A stretch of DNA of 64,000 bases from a virus (IMGVR_UViG_3300023174_000047:128001-192000), one strand, 5' to 3'. Shown: positions 8,202-18,752, counted from the stretch's first letter. Notes: a model not told the origin generated them from the sequence alone. A program made the numbers and translations.

Positions 8202-9404
8202 TGTCTCATTCTAGATGAGCTTGCATTCATTGATCCACCTTCCATCATGGATGATTTTTGGCGATCAGTGTGGCCAACCATTTCTCGATCCAAACACTCC
8301 AAAGTCCTCATTGCCTCTACACCCAAAGGCACAGATAACCTGTTTTATCAGCTGTATGACGGGGCCATCAAAGGTGAGAATGGCTTTGCAAGCATGACCA
8401 TCAAATGGGATGCAGTTCCTGGTCATGATGAAAAGTGGAAACGTGAACAAATCAAACAAATCGGTAGCGTGGAATCATTTATGCAAGAATATGATTGCCA
8501 GTTTCTTCAAAGTGGTGAATCGTCCATTGACTTGAGCACATTTGATAAACTCAGGCAATATTGTACAACACCTCAGTTTTTTCTTGAAAGCGACAAATAT
8601 ATGATATGGAAATCACCACTACCAGATCGTCTGTATGCAGTTGGTGTTGATGTTGCTGAAGGAGTAGGTCAGAATTATTCTGTTATTCAAATTCTTGATA
8701 TCACCGATTTGACCAGCATTGAGCAAGTTGCTGTTTACAGAGATAATACCATTGCACCAGCACAATTTACAACAAAATTGCATGAAATAATGCAGCAATG
8801 GGGAAACCCCTTGGTTCTCATTGAAAGAAACAACTGCGGTGCTCAGGTTGTTGATAATCTGCGGAATATACATCAGTATGAAAATATTGTAAGCTATGGG
8901 GCTGAACTAGCTGGCCGCAAAAAAGATTTTTTAGGTGTTGTTGCTCACACCAACACCAAACAGCGCGGTGTTCGCAACATGAGATACTGGGTCAATACAC
9001 TCAACTGTGTGCGTTTCAATCATTTACAGACTATTCTTGAGCTCAAAGACTTTGTATGCAAGCCCAACGGAACATGGAGTGCGCGTGGCAGTGGAGTGGA
9101 CGATTGTGTCATGAGCCTCATTTGGGCACTGGTGTTGCTTGATAATGACCCACAGTATGGCATATGCGGCAATTATTTTGAAGTTGTTGATTTGGATGAA
9201 AATGGCAAACCTAGATCCATCAAGCCTTTGGATTACGGCTTAAAGTACTTCACATCAAACAATAAAAAATATGATTTGTTTGGCAATGCATTGGAAGCCA
9301 CTAAATACTCAGATGCAGCAAGCTTGCCCATTGTGTTTGGCAGTTCTACCAATCAAAGCAGCGAAGTAAGTGACCTTGAATTAGAGGGCTGGACAATATT
9401 ATGA
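7860..9404 (+). CDS. terL: Terminase large subunit, C-terminal fragment (IntC, Walker B and nuclease domain)
   Basis: CLILDELAF (Walker B), IASTPKG, FMQEYDCQF, GVDVAEGVGQNYS, LIERNNCG, DDCVMSL. Confidence 0.93.
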   Translation: MADLNNHISVFNSEYEILTHEGFKDFKGVIRGDNHNKIELELSNGRNLICTPKHKIYKHDMQIAFAEDLHAGDELYNGIEIKKKTQFTDSNSVYEIIHIQDNHSYLVNDVLCHQCLILDELAFIDPPSIMDDFWRSVWPTISRSKHSKVLIASTPKGTDNLFYQLYDGAIKGENGFASMTIKWDAVPGHDEKWKREQIKQIGSVESFMQEYDCQFLQSGESSIDLSTFDKLRQYCTTPQFFLESDKYMIWKSPLPDRLYAVGVDVAEGVGQNYSVIQILDITDLTSIEQVAVYRDNTIAPAQFTTKLHEIMQQWGNPLVLIERNNCGAQVVDNLRNIHQYENIVSYGAELAGRKKDFLGVVAHTNTKQRGVRNMRYWVNTLNCVRFNHLQTILELKDFVCKPNGTWSARGSGVDDCVMSLIWALVLLDNDPQYGICGNYFEVVDLDENGKPRSIKPLDYGLKYFTSNNKKYDLFGNALEATKYSDAASLPIVFGSSTNQSSEVSDLELEGWTIL

Positions 9405-9979
9405 CTGACATCGTACAATCACCATTTAATAAAGCACGTGTTGATAAGTTTACTATGGTAATAAACTTACCACCTGCATTAAAAAGCATCAACAGCAAAT
9501 TCACACGCAGCAATAAAAATGTAAACATTGATGCTCTGCAATTTTCTGTGTTTGGCACAGTAATTCCTGACATTGTTGTGCCTGCAGTTGAGACAAGATT
9601 TGGAGGCAGCACTATTTATGTATCATCTCACAGCAGACCATCATTCCCGCCTGTAACCATCAACTTCACCATTGATAATGAATTTAATAATTATTGGTGC
9701 ATATATCAGTGGCTTAATTTAATGCGAGATGAGAGAGAAGGTGTATTTGGAGTTGTGAATAGCAGAGGACTTGCAGGTGCAGAAGCCGTTTTAGATGAGT
9801 ACACCACAACTTTTACGTTGTATGCTAAAAATGAATTCAACAACAACATCATTAAATTTGAATTTCTCAAAGCTTTTCCTACAAAATTGGGCAGCATTTC
9901 TTTAAACTATCAAGATAGCAAAGAAATCCCTTGCTCATTCGATTTTGTATTTTCCAACATTACTTCTACTCTGCTTTAA
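9401..9979 (+). CDS. Tail completion / sheath stabiliser, T4 gp3-like
   Basis: Tube-fold pattern (LQFSVFGTVIP...VTINFTIDNEFNNY...AFPTKLGSISL); upstream of sheath. Confidence 0.75.
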   Translation: MTDIVQSPFNKARVDKFTMVINLPPALKSINSKFTRSNKNVNIDALQFSVFGTVIPDIVVPAVETRFGGSTIYVSSHSRPSFPPVTINFTIDNEFNNYWCIYQWLNLMRDEREGVFGVVNSRGLAGAEAVLDEYTTTFTLYAKNEFNNNIIKFEFLKAFPTKLGSISLNYQDSKEIPCSFDFVFSNITSTLL

Positions 9980-10009
9980 ATTTATGCTTGATTTTTCATA
10001 AATATCTAC

Positions 10010-12682
10010 ATGGCATCAAGAATTATCAATTCCCCCGGGGTACAAATTAATGAAATCGATGAAACAGCTATCCAAGCCAATATTACTGGCACAGATATTC
10101 TGATTACTGGTTTTGCAAGCAAAGGTCCGACAGATGAAATTATCAGCGTCTCTTCTATTACAGAATTTGAGCTAATTTTCGGTGCACCAACTAATGCTGC
10201 AGAGCGTTATTTTTACTATTCTGTAAAGCCCTTGTTTGGTACTGGAGCTAATTTGCTACTCAGCCGTCTTCCTTATGGTGGAGGCAATGGTGATGGTTTT
10301 GGCTCTCAATACAGCGCAATTGTTTATCCAGTTGTTGCAGTATCTGGTAATCCTGTCAACATTAATCTTGCTGATATTACAGCAACAGCTACAGCAGGTA
10401 CTCCACTCACTGTTGCTGGTGGCGTGTCAGCTGTATCAGTGGTATCATCAGGTCGATATTATGCAACTGCACCTGCGGTTACAGTATCAGCACCACAGAC
10501 ACCTGGTACAACAGCAGCATTTACAGCAAATATAACAACTGTTGGTACAGTATCATCACTTTCTATTACACAAGCTGGATCTGGATATACAGCTGCACCA
10601 ACAATAACAATTGCTGCACCAAGCTACAGCAACATCGGTGGTATTGTGTCTACACTTAATTCAACAAGTGTTGATTCATATGTTCTCGGCAAGCCAATTC
10701 ACTTTACGCTAACTAAATCACAATACTTGTCATGCATCAATGGTGAAGCATTCACATGGCAGTCTAATTCACTTGCATCTTCTTCTTTTGGTAGAACAGC
10801 GACTGGTTCAACATCTGGTACAGCAGCTAACATCAGCACATTTGCTGACTTTGGCAAGGCAGGCTTGATCATCTTCAACAAAGCACAAACAACCATCAAT
10901 GACAAGTATGAAGGTTATTACATTGGCGTAATTGACAATTCCAATGCAAATCCTGCAACTCAGTTTGATGGCATTGTAACAGCAACTACTTTTAATACTA
11001 CTGTTACAAATACAGGTAGTGCAGATATAGGCACACCAATTCCTGATGCTCGTCTCAACTTTACACTATCAGGCAGCAATTTAACAAATGGATCACTTTC
11101 TCAGATTATTGAGAATGCTGCATCATTCAACATTGGTACAAAACAATACAACGACTACCTCACAATAGGTGTATTCAAGCTTCGTCAGAGCATCTTCTCA
11201 ACTAATACAGTCAAGCTCGATTACTTGCTTGAAGAGAGGTTTGTTGCAAGCATGGATTATTACCGTCAGCGCACACCAGAGAACGGAGGACCAATTGCAT
11301 CAGCTTACATCGGCAATGAAGTGGAAGATGCATCCCGCAACATTACGGTTATGGTTAATGATAACATATCAAATCGCACTTCATCCACATGGCTTGATGC
11401 AAATGGTATACCAACCAAGAGTGTGAGAATGTTATCACATGAACTTGAAACACAAGTCACAGACAGCACTGTTTTTAATCAAGTATCAGGTACAGTTGGA
11501 ATCACTGCTGCTGCATTCAATGCTGCAAAAACAGCACTTTCAGGCAAGTATGCTGATGATTTAATTGGTCTTGGTGCATATGTAGATCCAACACCAACAA
11601 CCAAGACAATTGGCAGCTTGCCTGGTAAGCTTGATCGTATTTTTCAATTGCTTGAAAATGATGAACTGTATGACATTGATATTTCCATTGAGGCAGGTCT
11701 TGGCACAATTTATGCAACAACATGCGCAGCTCGTACGCCATATTATGATGATACATTGATGAATCCTACGCTGCAGCAAGCAATTGGCTACTTACAGACA
11801 ACCTTCAACTACTCAGCACCAGCAGATGATACTTTGGATTTGAGAGGCAACTACAATACTATATTTGCTAGATTTGCTGACTTTGCACGTGATAGAATGG
11901 ATCACATTTTCATTGCTGACCCAATTCGCCACATTCTTGTAACAGGCATCAACTCAAAGACATTGTATGATTCAAACAAGAGCTGGTCTCAGTATGTGTT
12001 TTCACCGCTGCGTCATCAGTTTGAGCTTGCAAACACAAGCTATGCAGCAGCATATGCTAACTGGGCACGTGTCCAAGATACGTTTGCACAAATAAATGTG
12101 TGGGTGCCATTTTCGGGATATGTTGCAGCAGATTATGCACGCTCGGATAGAGATTTTGCGTATTGGTCTGCACCAGCAGGATTCCGCCGCGGATTAGTAA
12201 GTGAAGTTGATGACATTGCAATCACACCTAATCAGAAACAGCGCGATGATTTGTACAAGTTCAATCTCAATCCAATTACACAGTTTGTGAGAGAAGGCAT
12301 TGTGATATACGGTCAAAAAACTATGCTCCGCACACCAAGTGCATTTGATCGAGTTAATGTGCGCCGCTTGTTTATTATACTTGAGAAGCAAACAAAAGCA
12401 ATTGCACGTTTTTATGTATTTGAACCAAATTCATTATACACACGCACTCGCTTGGTAGATGACTTGACGCCAAACTTTGAAGCTGCCAAGACTGCAACAA
12501 TCAATCAAGGTATTTATGATTACATAATTGTATGCGACGATAGGAATAATACACCTGCAGTCATTGATGCAAATGAATTGGTTGTCGACATTTACATCAA
12601 GCCAGTTCGTACCGCAGAGTTTATCTTGGTAAACTTCCATGCATCAAGAACTGGAGCAAACTTCCAGGAAATCTTACGATAA
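10010..12682 (+). CDS. Tail sheath protein, gp18-like, with inserted Thr/Ala-rich domains
   Basis: SPGVQINEID, GFASKGP, WSAPAGFRRG, GQKT...SAFDRVNVRRLF, IYIKPVRTAEFI; CATAAATA at 9997-10004. Confidence 0.95.
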   Translation: MASRIINSPGVQINEIDETAIQANITGTDILITGFASKGPTDEIISVSSITEFELIFGAPTNAAERYFYYSVKPLFGTGANLLLSRLPYGGGNGDGFGSQYSAIVYPVVAVSGNPVNINLADITATATAGTPLTVAGGVSAVSVVSSGRYYATAPAVTVSAPQTPGTTAAFTANITTVGTVSSLSITQAGSGYTAAPTITIAAPSYSNIGGIVSTLNSTSVDSYVLGKPIHFTLTKSQYLSCINGEAFTWQSNSLASSSFGRTATGSTSGTAANISTFADFGKAGLIIFNKAQTTINDKYEGYYIGVIDNSNANPATQFDGIVTATTFNTTVTNTGSADIGTPIPDARLNFTLSGSNLTNGSLSQIIENAASFNIGTKQYNDYLTIGVFKLRQSIFSTNTVKLDYLLEERFVASMDYYRQRTPENGGPIASAYIGNEVEDASRNITVMVNDNISNRTSSTWLDANGIPTKSVRMLSHELETQVTDSTVFNQVSGTVGITAAAFNAAKTALSGKYADDLIGLGAYVDPTPTTKTIGSLPGKLDRIFQLLENDELYDIDISIEAGLGTIYATTCAARTPYYDDTLMNPTLQQAIGYLQTTFNYSAPADDTLDLRGNYNTIFARFADFARDRMDHIFIADPIRHILVTGINSKTLYDSNKSWSQYVFSPLRHQFELANTSYAAAYANWARVQDTFAQINVWVPFSGYVAADYARSDRDFAYWSAPAGFRRGLVSEVDDIAITPNQKQRDDLYKFNLNPITQFVREGIVIYGQKTMLRTPSAFDRVNVRRLFIILEKQTKAIARFYVFEPNSLYTRTRLVDDLTPNFEAAKTATINQGIYDYIIVCDDRNNTPAVIDANELVVDIYIKPVRTAEFILVNFHASRTGANFQEILR

Positions 12683-12696
12683 CAAGCAAATTGAAG

Positions 12697-12732
12697 GGAG
12701 CGGAGCTAACAAAGCTTCGCTCCTTTTTTTTT
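12697..12732 (+). terminator. Intrinsic terminator after the sheath gene
   Basis: GGAGCGGAGCT-AACAA-AGCTTCGCTCC followed by a T run. Confidence 0.88.
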
Positions 12733-12776
12733 GTTAAATCTTTATGTTTATATAGTATTATGCAATAAATAGCAAT

Positions 12777-14534
12777 ATGTCTTTGATAGAAGAAATACAG
12801 AGCAATTTATACACAAAAACAAACAAAATTAATACTGCCATAATAAGGCAAGATTGGTTTAAAAAATCTAATTTGTATGCAGATATAATGAAAGAGACAT
12901 CCTTTCTTGACAATGACGTATGCTTTGCAGCGCGAATATTTTGCATAGTCAATAATATCAAGAGCATGCCAGCGTGCCCTGTAACCGGTAAAAGTGTTAA
13001 GTGGTTACCTACAAAACATAGATTTGCCATTGCTGCTGGCAGATCAAATGCATCTAAAATTAAAAAAATTGATAATGCAAAACTATCTCAAAGCCTCAAA
13101 GCATCAAAAGCATTAATCAAAAGTAACTTCTACAGCCTATACAAAACAAATAAATTTAATATTGTCAGTAGAGAAAAATGCACAGACTTTATAAAGAGCA
13201 GATTGGAACACACCGATCACGGAAGAAAGCATAATTTTGTAGATACATCTATACTTAAAAAATATCATGATGAGTGTTGCAGCATTATTCTACATACACA
13301 GCATCCATTATTAGATGATAATGATATAAACTGGAGTGAAAGGTTTTTTCTTTTGTATAATAATGATGTCCCGAAACTATGTAATTATGATCCCACACAA
13401 AAGGCAAAATTTTGCAATTTCTTAGCTGGGTACAATAACAATAGTTCTGCACAGGCAAGGAATAAAAACACATTAAAAATAATCAAGCAATCCATTGAGT
13501 ATCAAAACTTCTCTATTTTAAATGATATAAACTCACATCAACAAGAGTATCAATTGAGATGCAATGTCTGTAATAGTATTTTACAGCGAAGATTGACAAA
13601 TGCGCGCTGGAAAGATATATTTTGTGCCAAATGCAACAATGTTACCGTGGGATCGTCTCGTGCAGAAGCAGAGATATCTGCTTTTCTGCAAAATGACTGC
13701 AACATGCAGGTTGAGAGATTATATGACTTGCCACCTAGTGGAATAGAAATCGATATATTTCTACCACAGAAAAACGTTGGTATCGAGCATCACGGCTTAT
13801 TGTGGCATAGTTTTGGTTCTTGCTTCCCCGACAATGCAGATGTTGAAAGTGTAAACAAATTTAAGCATAGAAATAAGCGGGATATATGCATGAGCAACAA
13901 TGTACAGTTGTTGCAGATTTTTGAAAATGAATGGATTGATAAAAGAAACATTGTTGAGTCAATGATGCGTAGCAAGTTAGGAATATTGCAAAATAAAATC
14001 TATGCTCGCAATTGCACAATACAATGCATCACAGCAAAACAGAAAAGTATTTTTCTTAATAATAATCACATACAAGGCAATGACAATTCACAAATTGCAA
14101 TTGCTCTAATTCATGAAGGTGACATTGTTGCAGCAATGACTTTTGGTAACCGCAAAATAACTGCAAATAAAACTTTTGAACTCATAAGATTTTGCTGCAA
14201 AACAAACACAAGCGTTATTGGAGGTGCCTCTAAATTATTAAAATACTTTACAAAAAAACATAATGTATCATGCATTACAACATATGCTGATTTGAGATTT
14301 TGCTTTGATGGTTCGTTTTACAAAAACTTAGGCTTTAAGCACATCAGAACAACACCACCTGCATACTGGTACACAGATACAAAGACTGTGATGCACCGCT
14401 CCAACTTTCAAAAACATAAATTAGTAAAACAGGGTGATGATTTGAGTCTTACAGAATGGGAAATTATGAAAGAGCGTGGGTGGCGTAGAATATGGGATTG
14501 TGGTCACATGGTTTTTGAATATAAATATTCATAA
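12777..14534 (+). CDS. Second Hef/Vsr-like putative homing endonuclease with GNAT-like C-terminus
   Basis: EIDIFLP...GIEHHGLLWHS...LLQIFENEW; IYARNC...FELIRFC...ITTYADLRF...GF; same architecture as 6208..7872. Confidence 0.82.
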   Translation: MSLIEEIQSNLYTKTNKINTAIIRQDWFKKSNLYADIMKETSFLDNDVCFAARIFCIVNNIKSMPACPVTGKSVKWLPTKHRFAIAAGRSNASKIKKIDNAKLSQSLKASKALIKSNFYSLYKTNKFNIVSREKCTDFIKSRLEHTDHGRKHNFVDTSILKKYHDECCSIILHTQHPLLDDNDINWSERFFLLYNNDVPKLCNYDPTQKAKFCNFLAGYNNNSSAQARNKNTLKIIKQSIEYQNFSILNDINSHQQEYQLRCNVCNSILQRRLTNARWKDIFCAKCNNVTVGSSRAEAEISAFLQNDCNMQVERLYDLPPSGIEIDIFLPQKNVGIEHHGLLWHSFGSCFPDNADVESVNKFKHRNKRDICMSNNVQLLQIFENEWIDKRNIVESMMRSKLGILQNKIYARNCTIQCITAKQKSIFLNNNHIQGNDNSQIAIALIHEGDIVAAMTFGNRKITANKTFELIRFCCKTNTSVIGGASKLLKYFTKKHNVSCITTYADLRFCFDGSFYKNLGFKHIRTTPPAYWYTDTKTVMHRSNFQKHKLVKQGDDLSLTEWEIMKERGWRRIWDCGHMVFEYKYS

Positions 14535-14971
14535 TGCAAAAAGAATATAGACAAGGCATATACAAACCCATCAACAATCAAAAATACATTGGTGATAAAT
14601 TACCTTTTTATCGTTCTGGATACGAGCTCAAATTTATGCGCTGGGCTGATGCAAATCCCAATGTAATCAAATGGGGAAGCGAGAGCATCATTATTCCATA
14701 CAAAAGCCCCATTGACGGAAAAATGCACCGATATTTTGTCGATAATGTTGTCATTATTAAAGAAGGTGAGCAAATTAAAAAATACCTCATTGAGATCAAG
14801 CCATACAAACAGACTCTACCTCCCTCGGAACACGGCAATAAAAAACAATCCACAATATTATATGAGCATGCAACATATGCCATTAACATGCAAAAATGGA
14901 AATGTGCTAAAGAATGGTGCAAGCAACACAATTGGGAATTTTTAATATTAACAGAAAAAGAGCTGCCATAA
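14534..14971 (+). CDS. Head completion nuclease, T4 gp4-like
   Basis: YRSGYELKFMRWAD...WGSESIIIPY...HRYFVD...IEIKP...FLILTEKEL. Confidence 0.9.
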   Translation: MQKEYRQGIYKPINNQKYIGDKLPFYRSGYELKFMRWADANPNVIKWGSESIIIPYKSPIDGKMHRYFVDNVVIIKEGEQIKKYLIEIKPYKQTLPPSEHGNKKQSTILYEHATYAINMQKWKCAKEWCKQHNWEFLILTEKELP

Positions 14972-14979
14972 ATAATATT

Positions 14980-15888
14980 ATGCAGGATTTTAAGAATTTT
15001 TACAAACAAGAGGTTATAAATGAATCAATAAAGGATTTTATTCGCAACCCCAAAGCACTCATTGCAACCGCGTTATTTCTCGGCATTGTTGATCAAGCAT
15101 ATGTTATTCCAAGTATAAAAAGAATCAGCAAAGAGGTGCAGGAAAAATTAAATAAAATGCCACCCGAACGAGCTGCACAGATTCAGCAAAAAGCTATTAA
15201 GACTACCAATACACCATTAGTTGATAAGCTGCTCAAGCAAGCCATTGAAGCATCAACAATTAAAAGAGAAACACCGCAACATGCCATGCCTATAAAAGAT
15301 ACACAACAAATGTCACAACAAATATTACCCATGGATAAGCAAAAGAGTCAGCAGTTCTATAAAGATGCATTGAAATACATCAAACAAAATGAACTTGGTG
15401 GTACAAATATTAATTACCGCATGCCATATAAAGACCACAAAGGTTATGAAACCATTGGAGTAGGACACCTCGTAACAAGCAAAGAGAAAAAAAATAAAAT
15501 ATTTGATAACGGCATTTCCGAGCAGGAAGTTTTAGATTTATTTGAAAAAGATATTCAATCAAAACTAGCAACAGCGCGCCGATTGTTTAAAACATATGAT
15601 GAATATCCTGATTATTTAAAAATTAAACTTTTAGATGGTATTTTTAGAGGTGATGTATCTGGATCCCCAAAAACCATTGCGCTCATCAATGCAGGCAAGT
15701 GGACACAGGCAGCAGCTGAATTTCTAGACAGCAAAGAATATAAAGATGCAGTCGAAAATGGATATGGAACAGGTCCGCGCATGAAAAAAATTGCAGATGC
15801 AATGTTGAGCATGGCAGAAGAACAAAAATCACCTGATGTACCTGCAACAAATTCACCATTACTACCAGAAACAACCCCATTTTTCTAG
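14980..15888 (+). CDS. Phage lysozyme-family protein with long N-terminal extension
   Basis: YKDHKGYETIGVGHL, AAAEFLDS motifs; CATAAATA at 14967-14974 supports start 14980. Confidence 0.8.
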   Translation: MQDFKNFYKQEVINESIKDFIRNPKALIATALFLGIVDQAYVIPSIKRISKEVQEKLNKMPPERAAQIQQKAIKTTNTPLVDKLLKQAIEASTIKRETPQHAMPIKDTQQMSQQILPMDKQKSQQFYKDALKYIKQNELGGTNINYRMPYKDHKGYETIGVGHLVTSKEKKNKIFDNGISEQEVLDLFEKDIQSKLATARRLFKTYDEYPDYLKIKLLDGIFRGDVSGSPKTIALINAGKWTQAAAEFLDSKEYKDAVENGYGTGPRMKKIADAMLSMAEEQKSPDVPATNSPLLPETTPFF

Positions 15889-15909
15889 TAAGCAACAATA
15901 AATACTAAC

Positions 15910-16461
15910 ATGGCACAGACTAACCAAACCATTGGAAACTTTTATGAACGCGCAGTATCACGTGAGTTCTCACGTGATTTCTTGTTCCGAGTCCTCAGCA
16001 TTAATTTTGCAGGTGGAGCAGTCTTCAACGAAGACGAGCTCATTTATGCAAAGACAGCAAAGCTCCCTGCTCGAAATATCACTAATACGCAAGCTAAATT
16101 CATGGGTCTCAACTTCAACATTGCAGGTACTGCTACATATCCAGGAAGCGAATCTTATATAATTACCTTTTACTGTGATGCTACTTCTTCACTTAGAAAC
16201 AAATTTTTGCAAGAATCACGTAGAGTGTTTGATGATGCAACCAGTACAGGTGATTACAACATTGCAGGCCGCGCCAGCGCAATCACATTGCTGCAGTTAG
16301 ATAAAGCACTCAACCCTGTCTCAACATTCCGTTTAGTTGGTGCAAGCGTAAGAAATGTTGGTGAAATTGGATATAGCATGGCAGATGGAACTGGCCAGCC
16401 TGTTACATTTGATGCAACGATTGCATATCACTTCTTTGAAGAGAATGCACCTGTGCAATAA
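15910..16461 (+). CDS. Tail tube protein, gp19-like
   Basis: YAKTAKLPARNI...FMGLNFNIAG...ITFY...TFDATIAYHFFE; AATAAATA upstream. Confidence 0.85.
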   Translation: MAQTNQTIGNFYERAVSREFSRDFLFRVLSINFAGGAVFNEDELIYAKTAKLPARNITNTQAKFMGLNFNIAGTATYPGSESYIITFYCDATSSLRNKFLQESRRVFDDATSTGDYNIAGRASAITLLQLDKALNPVSTFRLVGASVRNVGEIGYSMADGTGQPVTFDATIAYHFFEENAPVQ

Positions 16462-16469
16462 ATAATTAG

Positions 16470-17177
16470 GTGCCACAATCACCTAGAGAAACGTATCTTA
16501 GTCTATTTGAAAAATGGGAATACAATCTTGCGCTAAATTCGCAGTGGATTCTTATTATTCATGATTTGCCTCGCATCAGAAACATTGTTAGTAAAGTATC
16601 AACACTAGAATCATGGGTTCCAAACACAGATTGGAACATAAACACAGCAACATATGAAGCACTCACCAAAGAACAGGTGCAGAGTACAGATGCAATGGGT
16701 TGCTTTTTTGTAGATAATGTTGTTATTCCTGGTGAAGGCTACAACCAAGAGGAAGCAACTATAAACAACAGTGGCGGTTTCATTAATGTTGGGGTATCAG
16801 GCAAGAGATCGACTTTTTCTGGCAAAAGAATAGCCACATCATTCAGAGAAACAAACATCGACTTTGTGGAGACTGTTTTGAGGCCATGGGTTATTGCATG
16901 CTCACACATTGGATATTTTGCTTTTCAATCTGCGCAAAACAATGTTAAAATTCCGAGAATGCAGCTTATACATTTTTCCCGCCTAAAACACACACCCATT
17001 GCACCATATAGTGATGAAACATTTAGGCCCATCAGAAAAATTTACAATTTTTACAATGTAGCACCTGTTGAGGTTGACGCAAAGACATATACATATGCTG
17101 AAGATCAAGGTACCCCACAGTCCAGACAAGTGGGGTGGATTTTTGATAGTTACAGCATACAATATTCTAAAAAATAA
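16470..17177 (+). CDS. Tube-fold baseplate protein (gp54-like)
   Basis: VDNVVIPGE...TSFRETN...YNFYNVAPV tube-family pattern; follows tube gene; GTG start. Confidence 0.6.
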   Translation: MPQSPRETYLSLFEKWEYNLALNSQWILIIHDLPRIRNIVSKVSTLESWVPNTDWNINTATYEALTKEQVQSTDAMGCFFVDNVVIPGEGYNQEEATINNSGGFINVGVSGKRSTFSGKRIATSFRETNIDFVETVLRPWVIACSHIGYFAFQSAQNNVKIPRMQLIHFSRLKHTPIAPYSDETFRPIRKIYNFYNVAPVEVDAKTYTYAEDQGTPQSRQVGWIFDSYSIQYSKK

Positions 17178-18049
17178 TGTTATCTACTTTTTATTCTGCA
17201 TTGCATTTGCCTGCATGCAAACAAATTGTTCATCTAAAACAGATGAACAGCAATGCATTTTTGCAATTGCAGAAATACATCATTGAAGATAGTGATGAAC
17301 TTATAAACGAATTTTTGATGAATCTCATCAAAGAATGCATGAGAGAGCAGGAGATTTTTGATTCTCTCAACTGCATCGATAAGCTTGCATGCTTAATGAA
17401 AATACGCAGCATAAGCTGCGGCGATACAGTTGTTTTCAGCAACCAACAGAACGTGCAAGGACAAATAAGCATGAATCATATCTTAAATTGCATGCATGAT
17501 ATCAATTTCAATGTAAGTGCATTGCATAACAACAACCAAGTGCAGGTAATGATATCCTTGCCGCATACACTTTTGCTGCCAAACATTTCATCAGTAATTC
17601 AAAGCTGTTTGAATGCAATTATTTTTAATGATTCAAAAATTGAAATGCAAAAAATGCCCAACGAACATGTCGTAGAAATACTCAACAATTTAGATTCACA
17701 CACAGCCAGTTATATTTATAAATTTATTAATAATTATGCTGATGATCTCACTTTAACTGTATTTACTGGTAATGCAACGTTGCAATTGGAAAGCATCATA
17801 TTATCCCCATTCAATAATTCTATGCTAGATTTTTGTAAATTTATTTTAAAAGATGATTTGCTAAATCTCTACAAAAACATACACACACTCTGTAGCAAAT
17901 CACATCTAACACCTGAATTTTTAATGAATATTCCACCCATTGAACAGCAACTCTACACTAAATTATTAATAGATGAGATTGAGCAGACTAATAAGCAGTT
18001 GACAGAGGAGCACGGAGGAATAAATATGCCAGCATATGGACAAGTATAA
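17177..18049 (+). CDS. Baseplate hub assembly protein, gp26-like
   Basis: CIDKLACLMKIRSISCGD motif; position. Confidence 0.6.
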   Translation: MLSTFYSALHLPACKQIVHLKQMNSNAFLQLQKYIIEDSDELINEFLMNLIKECMREQEIFDSLNCIDKLACLMKIRSISCGDTVVFSNQQNVQGQISMNHILNCMHDINFNVSALHNNNQVQVMISLPHTLLLPNISSVIQSCLNAIIFNDSKIEMQKMPNEHVVEILNNLDSHTASYIYKFINNYADDLTLTVFTGNATLQLESIILSPFNNSMLDFCKFILKDDLLNLYKNIHTLCSKSHLTPEFLMNIPPIEQQLYTKLLIDEIEQTNKQLTEEHGGINMPAYGQV

Positions 18050-18752
18050 CAGTGTTTTAAGTCACCTCAAAAAAATTAATGAAGAGACAGTCATCAGCTG
18101 TTTTATTCCATCTTTATTGAGAGAAGTAAATTTTAAACCCATGAATGTTGCGCAACAGCAGCAGCTCATTAAAAACATTTCGAATGAAGCAACTGATAAT
18201 CTTAAAATTGCCAACAGCATCAATGATATGCTGCAAACAAACTGCATGGAAGATATTGATTTGTGTGTGATAGATAGAGAGATTGTTTTATTACAGTACA
18301 GAATGCATGATGTATCCATTGATGAAAATGAGCGCACAAAAATTGCAGAAGCAATTGAAGCAATCAAGCAAACTAATGATTTAAACACTAAAAAAACAAT
18401 TGAAGCATACGGCATCACTGTCAATTGCAGCGCACCATCACTCAGACGCGATGCTGTTATCAATGCTGCAACCATCAAAGCCATTGAATCAAATAATAGT
18501 AAAAAGCAGCAAGATCTTATACCATTAATATATACACACCAGATAATCAAATACATAAACAACATACACATAGGTGAAGATGTACTTGTTTCTTTCGATG
18601 ATCCCACTGATCTCCCCAATTTGACTACAATTGTTAACAACATACCTGTTGATATAAACAATGGTGTTATTTCTTTTGCAAACAGCATGCAAACAATGTT
18701 TAAACACGTGCTCAAAGACAAAAACATCTCTTTGCAGACCCCAACCATGTGA
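18036..18752 (+). CDS. Baseplate hub assembly protein, second gp26-like paralog
   Basis: VNFKPMNV...IDREIVLLQYR motif; position. Confidence 0.55.
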   Translation: MDKYNSVLSHLKKINEETVISCFIPSLLREVNFKPMNVAQQQQLIKNISNEATDNLKIANSINDMLQTNCMEDIDLCVIDREIVLLQYRMHDVSIDENERTKIAEAIEAIKQTNDLNTKKTIEAYGITVNCSAPSLRRDAVINAATIKAIESNNSKKQQDLIPLIYTHQIIKYINNIHIGEDVLVSFDDPTDLPNLTTIVNNIPVDINNGVISFANSMQTMFKHVLKDKNISLQTPTM

